The notes under the pieces: generated by a model
The model's input: the letters and a program-made list of their open reading frames with translations, nothing else
The model's database searches: none
What the model was told of the DNA's origin: nothing
Translations under genes and position numbers: made by a program
Shown: positions 1-16,648 of the stretch, piece by piece
Numbering within the stretch: the first letter of the stretch is position 1
Layout of the letters: each line of letters begins with the position of its first letter
From: an uncultured Actinomycetes bacterium
GTDB taxonomy: Bacteria; Actinomycetota; Thermoleophilia; Gaiellales; JALYLC01
DNA: 64,000 nt
Assembly: GCA_963845865.1 (NCBI GenBank)
Contig: CAWJTT010000023.1
Location: 1,722 to 65,721 of the forward strand
Reading direction: 5' to 3'

Positions 1-40
1 GGGCACGGCCCGCTCCATGGGCGTGGAGGTGGAAGCCTGA
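1..40 (+). CDS. rplK: 50S ribosomal protein L11, C-terminal end only (gene begins upstream of the window)
   Basis: From base 2 the frame reads GTARSMGVEVEA, then TGA at 38-40, which shares its A with the rplA ATG at 40. This is an L11-like C-terminus in the conserved rplK-rplA order. Confidence 0.6.
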   Translation, partial: GTARSMGVEVEA

Positions 41-770
41 TGGCCGGCAAGAAGCTCAAGGCCGCCAAGGCGCAGGTCGACCGCGCTGCGGCTGTACCAG
101 CCGCTCGATGCCGTACGACTGCTCAAGTCGTTCGAGACCGCGAAGTTCGACGAGGCCGTCGAGGTGCACTTCCGCCTCGGCCTCAACGTGCGCCACGCCG
201 ACCAGCAGCTGCGCGGCTCGCTGATGCTGCCGCACGGCACGGGCCGCACCAAGACCGTCGCCGTGTTCGCCCAGGGCGAGCACGCGCGCGCCGCCGAGGA
301 GGCCGGTGCCGACTTCGTGGGCGCCGACGATCTCGCGACGCGCGTCCAGGAGGGCTGGACGGACTTCGACGTCGCGCTCGCGACGCCCGACATGATGGCC
401 GTCGTCGGCCGCCTCGGCCGCGTGCTCGGCCCGCAGGGCAAGATGCCCAACCCGCGCAGCGGCACGATCACCTTCGAGATCGCCAAGGCGGTCGAGGAGA
501 TCAAGGCCGGCAAGATCGAGTACCGCACCGAGAACCGCGCGCGGCCTCGTGCACGTCGTCATCGGCCGCAAGTCGTTCGAGGTCGAGCAGCTGGTCGAGA
601 ACTACGCCGTCGTGCTCGAGGAGATCCTGCGCGTCAAGCCCGCCTCGGCCAAGGGCCGCTACATCCACTCGATCGCGCTGGCCACGACGATGGGCCCGGG
701 CATCAAGGTCGACCCGACCCGCACCCGCGACCTGCTCGAGGAGCGCGAGACGGAGCCCGCACTGGCCTGA
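40..770 (+). CDS. rplA: 50S ribosomal protein L1; frame broken twice in this sequence (extra base near 88 and near 542)
   Basis: Three ORF pieces (40.., 164..814, 549..770) join into a full-length L1: [16 protein letters not shown]|[34 protein letters not shown]...[10 protein letters not shown]|[17 protein letters not shown]. Length 731 nt = 3n+2. Confidence 0.9.
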
Positions 771-941
771 AGCAGCTAGCCTGCACGCCAGAGAGTTCAC
801 AGCCCACGCCGTAGACAGCCGGCAGTCCCTGCGAGGACAGAAGCCCGGCCGAGGTGGAGAGAGCACGTTGCGGAGCCCGCCTTCGCTCGTCGCCGTCCAC
901 CGTTCGCCAGGTGGGCACGAGACGAGCCAGAGGAGGTGGAA
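771..941 (+). promoter_or_regulatory. Candidate rplJ (L10) leader region
   Basis: A 171-nt untranslated spacer lies between the rplA stop and the rplJ start. It has the SD AGGAGG at 931-936 and local stem-loops such as CCACC(897-901)/GGTGG(910-914). The position matches the known autoregulatory L10 leader, but the fold was not verified. Confidence 0.3.
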
Positions 942-1468
942 ATGCTCAAGCAGCGCAAGGAAGAGATCGTCGGCACGCTGACCGAGGAACTCGGGAGCGT
1001 CACGTCGATGATCGTCGCCGACCCGACCGGCCTCAGCGTGGCCGAGATGAAGGACCTGCGCAATCGCCTGCGCCCGAGCGGCGCTCGAGTTCCGGGTGGC
1101 CAAGAACACGCTCGCGCGCATCGCGGCGCGCGAGGCCGGCCGCGAGGAGCTGGTCGGACTGCTCGTCGGGCCGACGGCGATCACGCTCGTCCCCGGCGAT
1201 CCCGCCGCGGCGGCCAAGACGCTGTCGGACTTCGGCCGCACGTCGCGCAAGCTCGAACTGCGCGGCGCGTACCTCGACGGCGAGGCATTCGACGCAGACA
1301 GCGTCAGGCAGCTCGCGACGCTGCCGCTCGCGCGAACAGCTCCTGGCGCAGCTGGTCGGCAGCATGGTCGCGCCGATCAGCGGCCTCGCCAACGTGCTGG
1401 CGCAGCTGCCGCGCGGCCTCGTGGTCGCACTCGACCAGGTACGTCAGCAGAAGGAAGCCGCCGCCTAG
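942..1468 (+). CDS. rplJ: 50S ribosomal protein L10; frame broken twice (extra base near 1080-1083 and at about 1327)
   Basis: Pieces in three frames join into [47 protein letters not shown]|[19 protein letters not shown]...VRQLATLP|[33 protein letters not shown] lies 5 nt upstream of the ATG at 942. Length is 3n+2. Confidence 0.9.
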
Positions 1469-1526
1469 GCGGACGCAACTCAGATGAATCGCGGCGCTCG
1501 TGCGCCGCTCGTGAAAGGAACAGACG

Positions 1527-1919
1527 ATGGCGACGATGACCGTCGAGAAGTGGATCGAGGAGATCAAGGGCATGAGCGTCCTCGACCTCTCCAACCTGGT
1601 GAAGGCGCTCGAGGAGGAATTCGGCGTCTCGGCCGCTGCCGCACCCGTCGTGGTTGCCGGCCCTGGCGGCGGCGGTGGAGGCGGCGAGGCCGCAGCCGAG
1701 GAGGAGCAGTCCGAGTTCGACGTCGTGCTGACGGCCGCCGGCGCATCCAAGATCCAGGTGATCAAGGTCGTCAAGGCAGCCACCGGCCTGGGCCTCAAGG
1801 AGGCCAAGGACCTGGTCGACGGCGCGCCGCAGCCGATCAAGAGCGGCGTGCCGCGCGACGAGGCCGACAAGCTCAAGGGCGAGCTGGAAGAGGCCGGAGC
1901 GACCGTCGAGGTCAAGTAG
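1527..1919 (+). CDS. rplL: 50S ribosomal protein L7/L12
   Basis: Intact 130-aa ORF with an Ala/Gly hinge ([16 protein letters not shown]) and the L12 C-terminal domain ([27 protein letters not shown]...[16 protein letters not shown]). Confidence 0.97.
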   Translation: MATMTVEKWIEEIKGMSVLDLSNLVKALEEEFGVSAAAAPVVVAGPGGGGGGGEAAAEEEQSEFDVVLTAAGASKIQVIKVVKAATGLGLKEAKDLVDGAPQPIKSGVPRDEADKLKGELEEAGATVEVK

Positions 1920-1939
1920 GCCACGTCGAGGTCGCGTGA

Positions 1940-1965
1940 CAGGCCGGGGTCTGACCCCGAGCCTG
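1940..1965 (+). terminator. GC-rich stem-loop just downstream of rplL (possible attenuator or terminator, no U-tract)
   Basis: CAGGCCGGGG-TCTGA-CCCCG(A)GCCTG forms about 10 bp with one bulge, 21 nt after the rplL stop. No T-run follows. Confidence 0.3.
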
Positions 1966-1988
1966 TGCACGCTTCGGCCTGACCTCGG

Positions 1989-2345
1989 TTGCACGTGCCG
2001 ATGGCGCGCATGCCGCATCCAGCGCTCGTCGGCGCCAAGGCGCGACTCGACCGGCTCGATCTCTACCCGCGGCCCGTGCGGCTCGCGGGCGTGCGCCTGG
2101 TGGTGATGCCCTGGCTCTTCCGCCTGCCGTGGCTGCGCCGCTTCGACGGCTACGCGACGCACAAGGTGATCTTCGTGCGCGACCGCGCGCATCTCGACGA
2201 CGGCGACCTCGTGACGCACGAGCTGTGCCACGTCTGGCAGATGCAGCACCGCCCGCTGCGGATGCCGCTCTCGTACCTGCGCGGCTACGCGCGCAACGCG
2301 TATGAGCTCGAGGCGCGCAGCGCCGTGGAGCGCTCGCGCCGTTAG
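1989..2345 (+). CDS. Small HExxH zincin-like protein (DUF4157-like); start uncertain (TTG 1989, ATG 2001 or ATG 2010)
   Basis: 118-aa ORF with the motif LVTHELCHVWQ preceded by ATHKVIFVRD. This resembles the HExxHxxQ core of DUF4157-type metallopeptidase domains. Confidence 0.55.
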   Translation: MHVPMARMPHPALVGAKARLDRLDLYPRPVRLAGVRLVVMPWLFRLPWLRRFDGYATHKVIFVRDRAHLDDGDLVTHELCHVWQMQHRPLRMPLSYLRGYARNAYELEARSAVERSRR

Positions 2346-3124
2346 CCCGAGAGCCTTGGCGTTGCCTTGCCGGTGTCGGAGATCAGGAGCGGCGTGATCA
2401 GGTAGACGGGCTGGTTGTCGCTGGTCGCCGTGACCTCGTAGTGGAAGATCAGCGGGTCCGTGACCTTGGCGATCTTGGTGGCCTGACTGCTGTTCGGCAT
2501 GCCGTCGTTCTGCCCGTCCTTCTTCTCCCTGATCGGGACGAGGCCGGCCGCGAGCGACTTCGGATCCTTGAAGTCGGCGCGCTCGATCACGAGCATGCGC
2601 GCCTTCTGGCCCTTGACGACGGCCGGGAGGAGGACGGCGACGTTCTTCACCTCGGGCACGTAGTGGAACGTCATCAGCGCGAGCTCGTAGGCCATGCGCC
2701 GCGTGAGCGCGCCCGACGCGTTGGGCGTGACCTTCTTCTGGTCGATCGCGCAGTTGCCCTTGGTCGTGTTCCCGCAGAGCTGGTACTCCACCGACGGCCC
2801 GTCGAAGAACTTGTAGCCGCCGGTCGCGGTCGCGCTGGCGTCGGGCTTCACGAGCACCGCCGGGTCGCTGCCGACCGAGAGCGGCCCGCCGCGGACGGTC
2901 GTGAGATCCTTGCCTCCCGGTGCGACATAGAGGTTCTGCACGTGGTTGGCGATCTCGCGCACCTTGGCCTCGGGCGAGCTCTCGATCGGCGCCCAGCTCG
3001 CCCATGGCTTCGGCGTGACGATCGTGCGCGTCGCGAGATGGACGCCGAACGCGGCGCCGGCGGCGAGCAGCACGGCGAGGGCGACGTAGAGGAACATGAA
3101 GCGCCGGCGGTGGACTTTGGGCAC
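2342..3124 (-). CDS. Membrane-anchored hypothetical protein (N-terminal TM helix plus about 220-aa extracytoplasmic domain)
   Basis: 260-aa ORF starting MPKVHRRRFMFLYVALAVLLAAGAAFGV. It has protein-like composition and starts 27 nt downstream of the FtsH-like gene stop on the same strand. No family was recognised. Confidence 0.6.
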   Translation of the reverse strand: MPKVHRRRFMFLYVALAVLLAAGAAFGVHLATRTIVTPKPWASWAPIESSPEAKVREIANHVQNLYVAPGGKDLTTVRGGPLSVGSDPAVLVKPDASATATGGYKFFDGPSVEYQLCGNTTKGNCAIDQKKVTPNASGALTRRMAYELALMTFHYVPEVKNVAVLLPAVVKGQKARMLVIERADFKDPKSLAAGLVPIREKKDGQNDGMPNSSQATKIAKVTDPLIFHYEVTATSDNQPVYLITPLLISDTGKATPRLSG

Positions 3125-3151
3125 CGCCGCCGACCTCGGGGGTCTCGGGAC

Positions 3152-5552
3152 TCACAGGCGCGGCCACGTGCGCTCCTCCAGGTAATCGACGACCGCAGGC
3201 TTCAGGTGGAGCGAGTTCATCAGCTCGGTGATCTCGTCGCCGTTCAGCTCGCGGCGCTCCACCAGTTCGTCCGCGACACGCGAGATCGCATCCTTGTTCT
3301 GCTCGGCGAACTTGTACGCGACGAGGTAGGCGTGCCCGACGATGCGCGCGGCGAGCTGGCGCTTGTCCGGCCGTGTCAGCGCCTCTGCGTAGTGGTCGCT
3401 GAGCGAGGCGACGGCGAGCAGCTTGCCGCCCGTGTCGAGGAAGTAGTCGTCGAGCCTCTTGCGCGCCGCCTCTTCCTCGCTGCGGGTCATCGTCGCCGGC
3501 ATCGGCACGCGCTCCGGTGGCATCGCGGCGTGGCCGACCATGATCGCGGCCTGGTGCGCGACGCTCGACATGTCGCCTCCGACGCCGCTCGTGTTCTCGC
3601 CGTAGAAGACGTGCTCGGCCGCGAGCGCCGCCATGGTCGTGAGCATGCTCTTGAAGTACTCGGAGCGGAAGTGGACGAAGCGATCGTCCTTCTCACGCGC
3701 CATCCAGTGGCCGCCCGAGCCGTCGGAGCGCATGCGGATCGTGAGCCGTGAGGCCTCGTGCGTGTCGCCCATGTAGACGTGGCCGACGGTCGCATGGCCG
3801 GCCTCGTGCACGGCGATCTGGCGCAGCTCGTCCGGCGTGTACTCGAAGTCGACGACGGTGCCCGACTCCACGGTTCCCATTGCGGTGAGGATGTCGGTGC
3901 GGTCGAAAGCCGCGCGCCCGTCGTGGTGGGCCGCCATCAGTGCGATCGAGCACACCTGCTCGATCATCGCCGGCGAGTACCCGGCGGTCATGCGGGCGAG
4001 CTCGTCGCGCGGCTTCTCCGCGTCCAGGTCGGGGGTGTGCGCGACCTTGGCCAGGTAGAAGTCGAGCACGTCGGCGCGGTCGACCTTGTTGGGGATGCGG
4101 AACTGCACCTGGCGGCCCATGCGCCCTGCGCGCGTGAGCGCCGGATCCAGCACGTCCAGCGGGACGTTGGTCGCGCCGATGAAGAACACCTGATCGTTGC
4201 GCGGCTTGGGCCGCGGCATGCGCAGGCCGATCTTCCAGATGCGCTGCGGAACGATGTAGGAGGCGTCCATGAGCGTGTTGACGAAACGCGTCCCGATACG
4301 CCGGAGGAAGGGCGGGTTGTCGACGCCGTCCATGACGACGAGCAGCTGGTTGAGCGCGCCGCTGCCCTGGCCGCCGCCGAACATGCCCGGCACCACGGCG
4401 CGGGCGATGGTGCTGATCGGGCCGCGGCGCACCACCGGGCGGTCGGCGTCGGCCATCTGCGCGCCGATGTAGTCGCGCCACTCGCGCGACTCGATGATGA
4501 CGTCGCCCGACGCGGTGCGCGTGCCGCGCGGGACCGAACATGGGCATCTCGGTGTGGGCGGGCTCGGCGTTCGCTCCGCCGAGCGCGGCACGGCGCATCC
4601 CGACGGCGTCGATCTCGTCGATGAACACGATGCAGTGGCCGCCCCACTTGCGCGCGAGCTTCTTGGCCTTGTGCCCCATCCACTGCACGGCCACGACGTC
4701 CATGCCGATGAACGTCTGGGCGAAGCCCGAGCCGGGCACCGCCATGAAGGGCGCGTTGAATCCGGTCGCGATCGCCTTCGCGAGCATCGTCTTGCCGGTG
4801 CCGGGCGGGCCGATGAAGAGCAGGCCGCGCTCGGGCTTGCCGCCGGAGAGCTTGAACTGCTCGCCCGCCTGCCACAGCTCGATGATCTTCCTGACCTCTT
4901 CCTTGACGTCCGCCTGGCCGCGCACGTGGTCGATCTCCACGCCCCAGCTGGCGTCGCCCGGCTCGTACGACTTCATCTGCCGGACCGCCATCAGCACCAT
5001 CGGCACGATGAAGATCGCGCCGATCATGAGGTTGATCGCGAGGATGAAGAGCAGCTGCGCGCGGTCGGCGGCGGTCTGCCCGTTCCAGAAGCTCGACAGG
5101 GTGGTGACCCGTTGCAGGGCCCAGACGATGCTCTGCCAGAGGTTTGCGGGATCGCCGCGCAGGACGTCGAGCAGGTACGGGATCAGTCCGAACAGCGTCA
5201 GGTAGCCGATCGTGAAGCGCCATACGAAGCGCCAGAACGCGATGCGGCGGCGCAGCGACGTGTCCTCCCTGAGGAACGACTTGTCGGCGCCGAACAGGCT
5301 CGGCCACGGGATGAACCGGTGGGCGAGGAGGTCGAACGTGCCGCGCGCGGCGGCGAGCGTCCCCCAGGTCGCGAGCGCGGCGTGCAACTGCGAGAACCCG
5401 GCGTCGTCGCGGTAGAGCATCCACACGGCGGGGATCGCGGCGATCGCCACGATGTTCGCGACGCGGTTGAAGGTGCGCCACTGGAGCGCAAGCCCGACGC
5501 CGGATCCGCGCGTGATGAAGCCGCCGCTGTGGCGTTGCTCCACGCGGGGCAT
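3152..5552 (-). CDS. Divergent FtsH-family AAA+ ATPase / M41 zinc metalloprotease (about 800 aa); one frame break near 4533-4538; start uncertain (5552 or up to 5666)
   Basis: The N-terminal piece (ORF 3693..5666) has several TM helices, Walker A GPPGTGKT and Walker B IVFIDEIDAVG. The C-terminal piece (ORF 3152..4591) has the SRH DPALTRAGRMGRQVQF and the M41 motif HEAGHATVGH. Junction is ...HTEMPMFG|VPRGTRTASGDV. Length is 3n+1. Confidence 0.85.
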
Positions 5553-5641
5553 TGACGACCGCGCTGCTCGCGCTTCGCTGCTGCTCGGGCGGTACCTCTG
5601 CCGGTGTGGTCGGTTGCTCCATCGGCTGCTCCATCTCAGAA

Positions 5642-5664
5642 GGCGTCGCGCGTCGCGCGACGCC
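5642..5664. promoter_or_regulatory. 23-bp perfect palindrome in the divergent FtsH-like/rpoB control region (candidate operator or hairpin)
   Basis: GGCGTCGCGCG-T-CGCGCGACGCC has 11-bp arms that are exact reverse complements. Confidence 0.25.
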
Positions 5665-5907
5665 AAGTAGCGTCGGGGTACCTCGCTTGAACTCTAGCCG
5701 CGTCCTCCGACCAGTTTGCAGCAGTCGGCGTGAACGCTGCGTTAAGGAGAATACGTGCTGTTCGTCGCGCGGTGGTTCGCCCTTCCCGGCGCCCACTTAT
5801 CCACGCAAACACGCTGGTTATCCACAATCGGCTTGCACGCACGGGCACAAGGTGGTACCGTCGCGGCGCTCCCGACAGCCCCGCTGCGTACGCCGTGCAA
5901 CCTCCGG

Positions 5908-5937
5908 TTGCGCTACGTCCTTGCGCGTTGCTATGCT
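5908..5937 (+). promoter_or_regulatory. Candidate sigma-A-type promoter for rpoBC
   Basis: TTGCGC (5908-5913), an 18-nt spacer, then TATGCT (5932-5937), about 90 nt upstream of the rpoB GTG. Sequence match only. Confidence 0.2.
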
Positions 5938-6026
5938 GCACGTTCGCGCCGCGCATCTGCATGCCTGCAGACGCGCGTGCGCGCGTCGCTTTCCGCTTTC
6001 GATCCCTGCGAGGAGGGATTGCCGTC

Positions 6027-9640
<3,614 letters not shown>

Positions 9641-9649
9641 CGCGCGCGA

Positions 9650-9677
9650 AGGAGCGCCGCCTGAGGGCGGCGCTCCT
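9650..9677 (+). promoter_or_regulatory. Perfect 12-bp stem-loop in the rpoB-rpoC spacer
   Basis: AGGAGCGCCGCC-TGAG-GGCGGCGCTCCT lies 10 nt after the rpoB stop. A pyrimidine run CTTTCTTCC follows about 14 nt later. Confidence 0.4.
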
Positions 9678-9722
9678 GAGCCGCACTCAGCTTTCTTCCA
9701 CCACGACCCCGAAGGGGTGCAC

Positions 9723-14255
<4,533 letters not shown>

Positions 14256-14271
14256 CCCGCTCGAGCAGTCC

Positions 14272-14308
14272 GAAGGGCCGCCCGCGAGGGCGGCCCTTCG
14301 CCGTTTTC
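14272..14308 (+). terminator. Rho-independent terminator of rpoBC
   Basis: GAAGGGCCGCCC-GCGA-GGGCGGCCCTTC is a perfect 12-bp stem followed by GCCGTTTTC, 17 nt after the rpoC stop. Confidence 0.75.
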
Positions 14309-14679
14309 GGGCCGGCGACGCGCGGACGTGGCACCTGGGAGGCCCTGGGCAGGCCCGCGTGCGTTCCCGCCGATCTGTACGGAAAATATCGAATTCTGTA
14401 AGGACCCACGCCTTCGGCCGCTCGGGGTGAGGATGCGTGCCTGCGGGCCTCCGCACGCCCGTCGGCGTCGGTGTCCCCTGTCCGTGTTTTTCCGGAATTT
14501 GCGGGCCATATCGCATTGGTGCTCAGCGCGCGTATAGCGGTTGAGTAATGACATGTTCAGTGCGGGTTCGCACTGCTTGCGCACTAGGTCCCCATGCGAT
14601 ACAAACGCCCTGTCGATGATCCGAGCGTCGTCTCCCGGGCGGCCTCGGATGATTTCCCGGGAACCGGAAGGAGCGTCGT

Positions 14680-14706
14680 ATGGACGCACACGGACACGGC
14701 TGGTAG
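14680..14706 (+). other. Candidate 8-codon upstream ORF (MDAHGHGW)
   Basis: AAGGAG (14668-14673), 6 nt, then ATG at 14680 and TAG at 14704-14706. It lies 24 nt upstream of the hairpin at 14731-14756. Confidence 0.2.
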
Positions 14707-14730
14707 CGCAGCCGTACTAGCACGGAGGCC

Positions 14731-14756
14731 GGCGGCCGGTGCTCGCACCGGCCGCC
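14731..14756 (+). promoter_or_regulatory. Perfect 11-bp GC hairpin (attenuator-like, or start-codon-sequestering) upstream of or at the start of the HD-GYP gene
   Basis: GGCGGCCGGTG-CTCG-CACCGGCCGCC is followed by GTCCGTTTCG. The left arm contains the candidate GTG start at 14739, and GGAGG lies at 14724-14728. Confidence 0.45.
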
Positions 14757-15575
14757 GTCCGTTTCGCAGGGGTTGGACCGAGCGTGTCGTACACAGGTTT
14801 GCGGCGATGTGCGCAATTCTTCGTGGACTGCGCGCCTCGCCATGAAAAACGCACCTCTTTGAGCAGATTCCTCCGCACTCCCTGGCGCAGCCGCAGCGCG
14901 TCGCGAGCTGTCGACCGCGCTTCCCTCGCCACGGGCGTCGCCTTGGTGCGCGCGCTCGCCGCCTTCGACGCGGAGACCGCCGAGCACTCGGCGACGGTCG
15001 CGCTGTACGCGCGCGACGTAGCCCTGCGCCTCGGAGCCGACGGTGACAGCGCAGCCGGCATCCAGCTCGGCGCGCTCGTGCACGACGTCGGCAAGCTCTC
15101 GCTGCCCGTCGGCCTGCTGCTCAAGCCCGACCCGCTGAACGACGAGGAGTGGGCGCTCATGCGCGAGCACCCCGAGGCCGGAGCGCGCATCCTCGCGGGC
15201 CTCCCGTCGAGCCACACGCTGATCGCGATCGTGCGCAATCACCACGAGCGCGTGGACGGCGCCGGCTATCCCGCGGGCCTCAGGGGCACCGATATCCCGG
15301 CGGAAGCGCGCATCGTGGGCGTCTGCGACGCGTACGCGTCGATGACGCAGCCCCGCCCCTACCGCGCGTCGCTGACGCCCGCGGACGCGATCGCGGAGTT
15401 GCGTCGCCACGCCGCCGCACAGTTCGATGCGGAGGTGGTCACGGCGCTGGTCTGGCTGCTCGACACGCGCGACGACGACTACCGCCTGGCCCGCAGCGAG
15501 CGCTTCTCGGCTGAGCACCAGCACGCGGAGCTCGCCGAGCGCATGGAGGCGCCGCGGCACGCCGCGGCGTCGTAG
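14739..15575 (+). CDS. Stand-alone HD-GYP domain protein (putative c-di-GMP phosphodiesterase); start uncertain (GTG 14739 to GTG 14946)
   Basis: Motifs include [21 protein letters not shown] and [11 protein letters not shown] (the HD...HHExxDGxGYP signature). The recognisable domain begins near 14940. Confidence 0.8.
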   Translation: MLAPAAVRFAGVGPSVSYTGLRRCAQFFVDCAPRHEKRTSLSRFLRTPWRSRSASRAVDRASLATGVALVRALAAFDAETAEHSATVALYARDVALRLGADGDSAAGIQLGALVHDVGKLSLPVGLLLKPDPLNDEEWALMREHPEAGARILAGLPSSHTLIAIVRNHHERVDGAGYPAGLRGTDIPAEARIVGVCDAYASMTQPRPYRASLTPADAIAELRRHAAAQFDAEVVTALVWLLDTRDDDYRLARSERFSAEHQHAELAERMEAPRHAAAS

Positions 15576-15625
15576 ACGGCTCGCCGCCGGTCGCGGCGGC
15601 CATGCGGTGCCGAGCCGCTCACGCT

Positions 15626-15634
15626 TGCTACAAT
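15626..15634 (+). promoter_or_regulatory. Candidate extended -10 promoter (TGC-TACAAT) of the rpsL operon
   Basis: TGCTACAAT lies about 150 nt upstream of the rpsL ATG, with no clear -35. Downstream leader hairpins are GGCCCG-TTCG-CGGGCC and GCGCGCGC-CCAT-GCGCGCGC. Confidence 0.35.
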
Positions 15635-15784
15635 CCACGTCGTTCGGGGGCGTTCCGCGCTCCGGAGAGCCTGTTTGCGGGCTTTCCGCGTGTCCGCTAC
15701 GCTTCCGGTCCGGCCCGTTCGCGGGCCGTTCGTGTGCGCGCGCCCATGCGCGCGCCCTCCCCGTCCAAGCCGTCACGAGGCCGC

Positions 15785-16153
15785 ATGCCGACCGTCAATC
15801 AGCTCGTGCGTCATCCGCGCTCGCCTGAGCACGCGAAGACCAAGACCCCCGCGCTCAAGGGCTCGCCCCAGAAGCGCGGCGTCTGCACGCGCGTGTACAC
15901 GGTCACGCCCAAGAAGCCGAACTCGGCCCTGCGCAAGGTTGCGCGCGTGCGTCTCACCAACGGCATGGAGATCACCTGCTACATCCCGGGCATCAGCCAC
16001 AACCTGCAGGAGCACTCGGTCGTGCTCGTGCGCGGTGGCCGCGTCAAGGACCTGCCGGGCGTGCGCTACAAGATCGTGCGCCACGCGCTCGACACCTCCG
16101 GCGTCACCGATCGCAAGCAGGCGCGCTCCAAGTACGGCGCCAAGAAGAGCTAG
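15785..16153 (+). CDS. rpsL: 30S ribosomal protein S12
   Basis: [57 protein letters not shown]..., 122 aa, internal to ORF 15602..16153. Confidence 0.97.
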   Translation: MPTVNQLVRHPRSPEHAKTKTPALKGSPQKRGVCTRVYTVTPKKPNSALRKVARVRLTNGMEITCYIPGISHNLQEHSVVLVRGGRVKDLPGVRYKIVRHALDTSGVTDRKQARSKYGAKKS

Positions 16154-16157
16154 CCGG

Positions 16158-16628
16158 ATGCCCCGTCGCGCAGAGATCACGCCCCGCGTCCTTCCCGCGG
16201 ACGCGCTCCATTCGTCGACGCTCGTCAGCCAGGTGATCAACCGGGTCATGGTCGGCGGCAAGAAGTCGACGGCCGAGCAGATCGTGTACGGCGCGCTCTC
16301 GCGCGTCGAGGAGCGCTCGGGCCGGCCGGCTCTCGAGGTGCTGGAGCAGGCCATCAAGTCCGTCACGCCGTCGCTCGAGGTGCGCTCGCGCCGCGTCGGC
16401 GGCGCCAACTACCAGGTGCCGATCGAGGTGCCTGCCCGGCGCGCGCGCACGCTCGCCGTCCGCTGGATCGTGACCTTCGCGCGCCAGCGCCGCGAGCGCG
16501 AGATGGTCGAGCGGCTCGCGGCGGAGATCCTGGACGCCATCAACCAGCAGGGCGGGGCGTTCAAGCGCAAGGACGACATGTATCGCATGGCGCAGGCCAA
16601 CAAGGCCTTCGCCCACTACCGCTGGTAA
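16158..16628 (+). CDS. rpsG: 30S ribosomal protein S7
   Basis: [47 protein letters not shown]...KAFAHYRW, 156 aa, 4 nt after rpsL. Confidence 0.97.
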   Translation: MPRRAEITPRVLPADALHSSTLVSQVINRVMVGGKKSTAEQIVYGALSRVEERSGRPALEVLEQAIKSVTPSLEVRSRRVGGANYQVPIEVPARRARTLAVRWIVTFARQRREREMVERLAAEILDAINQQGGAFKRKDDMYRMAQANKAFAHYRW

Positions 16629-16648
16629 GCGGAAAGCTCACAACCACC

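Noticed and set aside
14309-14738. A c-di-GMP (GEMM) or other known riboswitch upstream of the HD-GYP gene.
   Set aside because: I could not find the conserved GEMM-I/II core sequences or any other riboswitch consensus by eye. The region is kept only as an unclassified structured leader.
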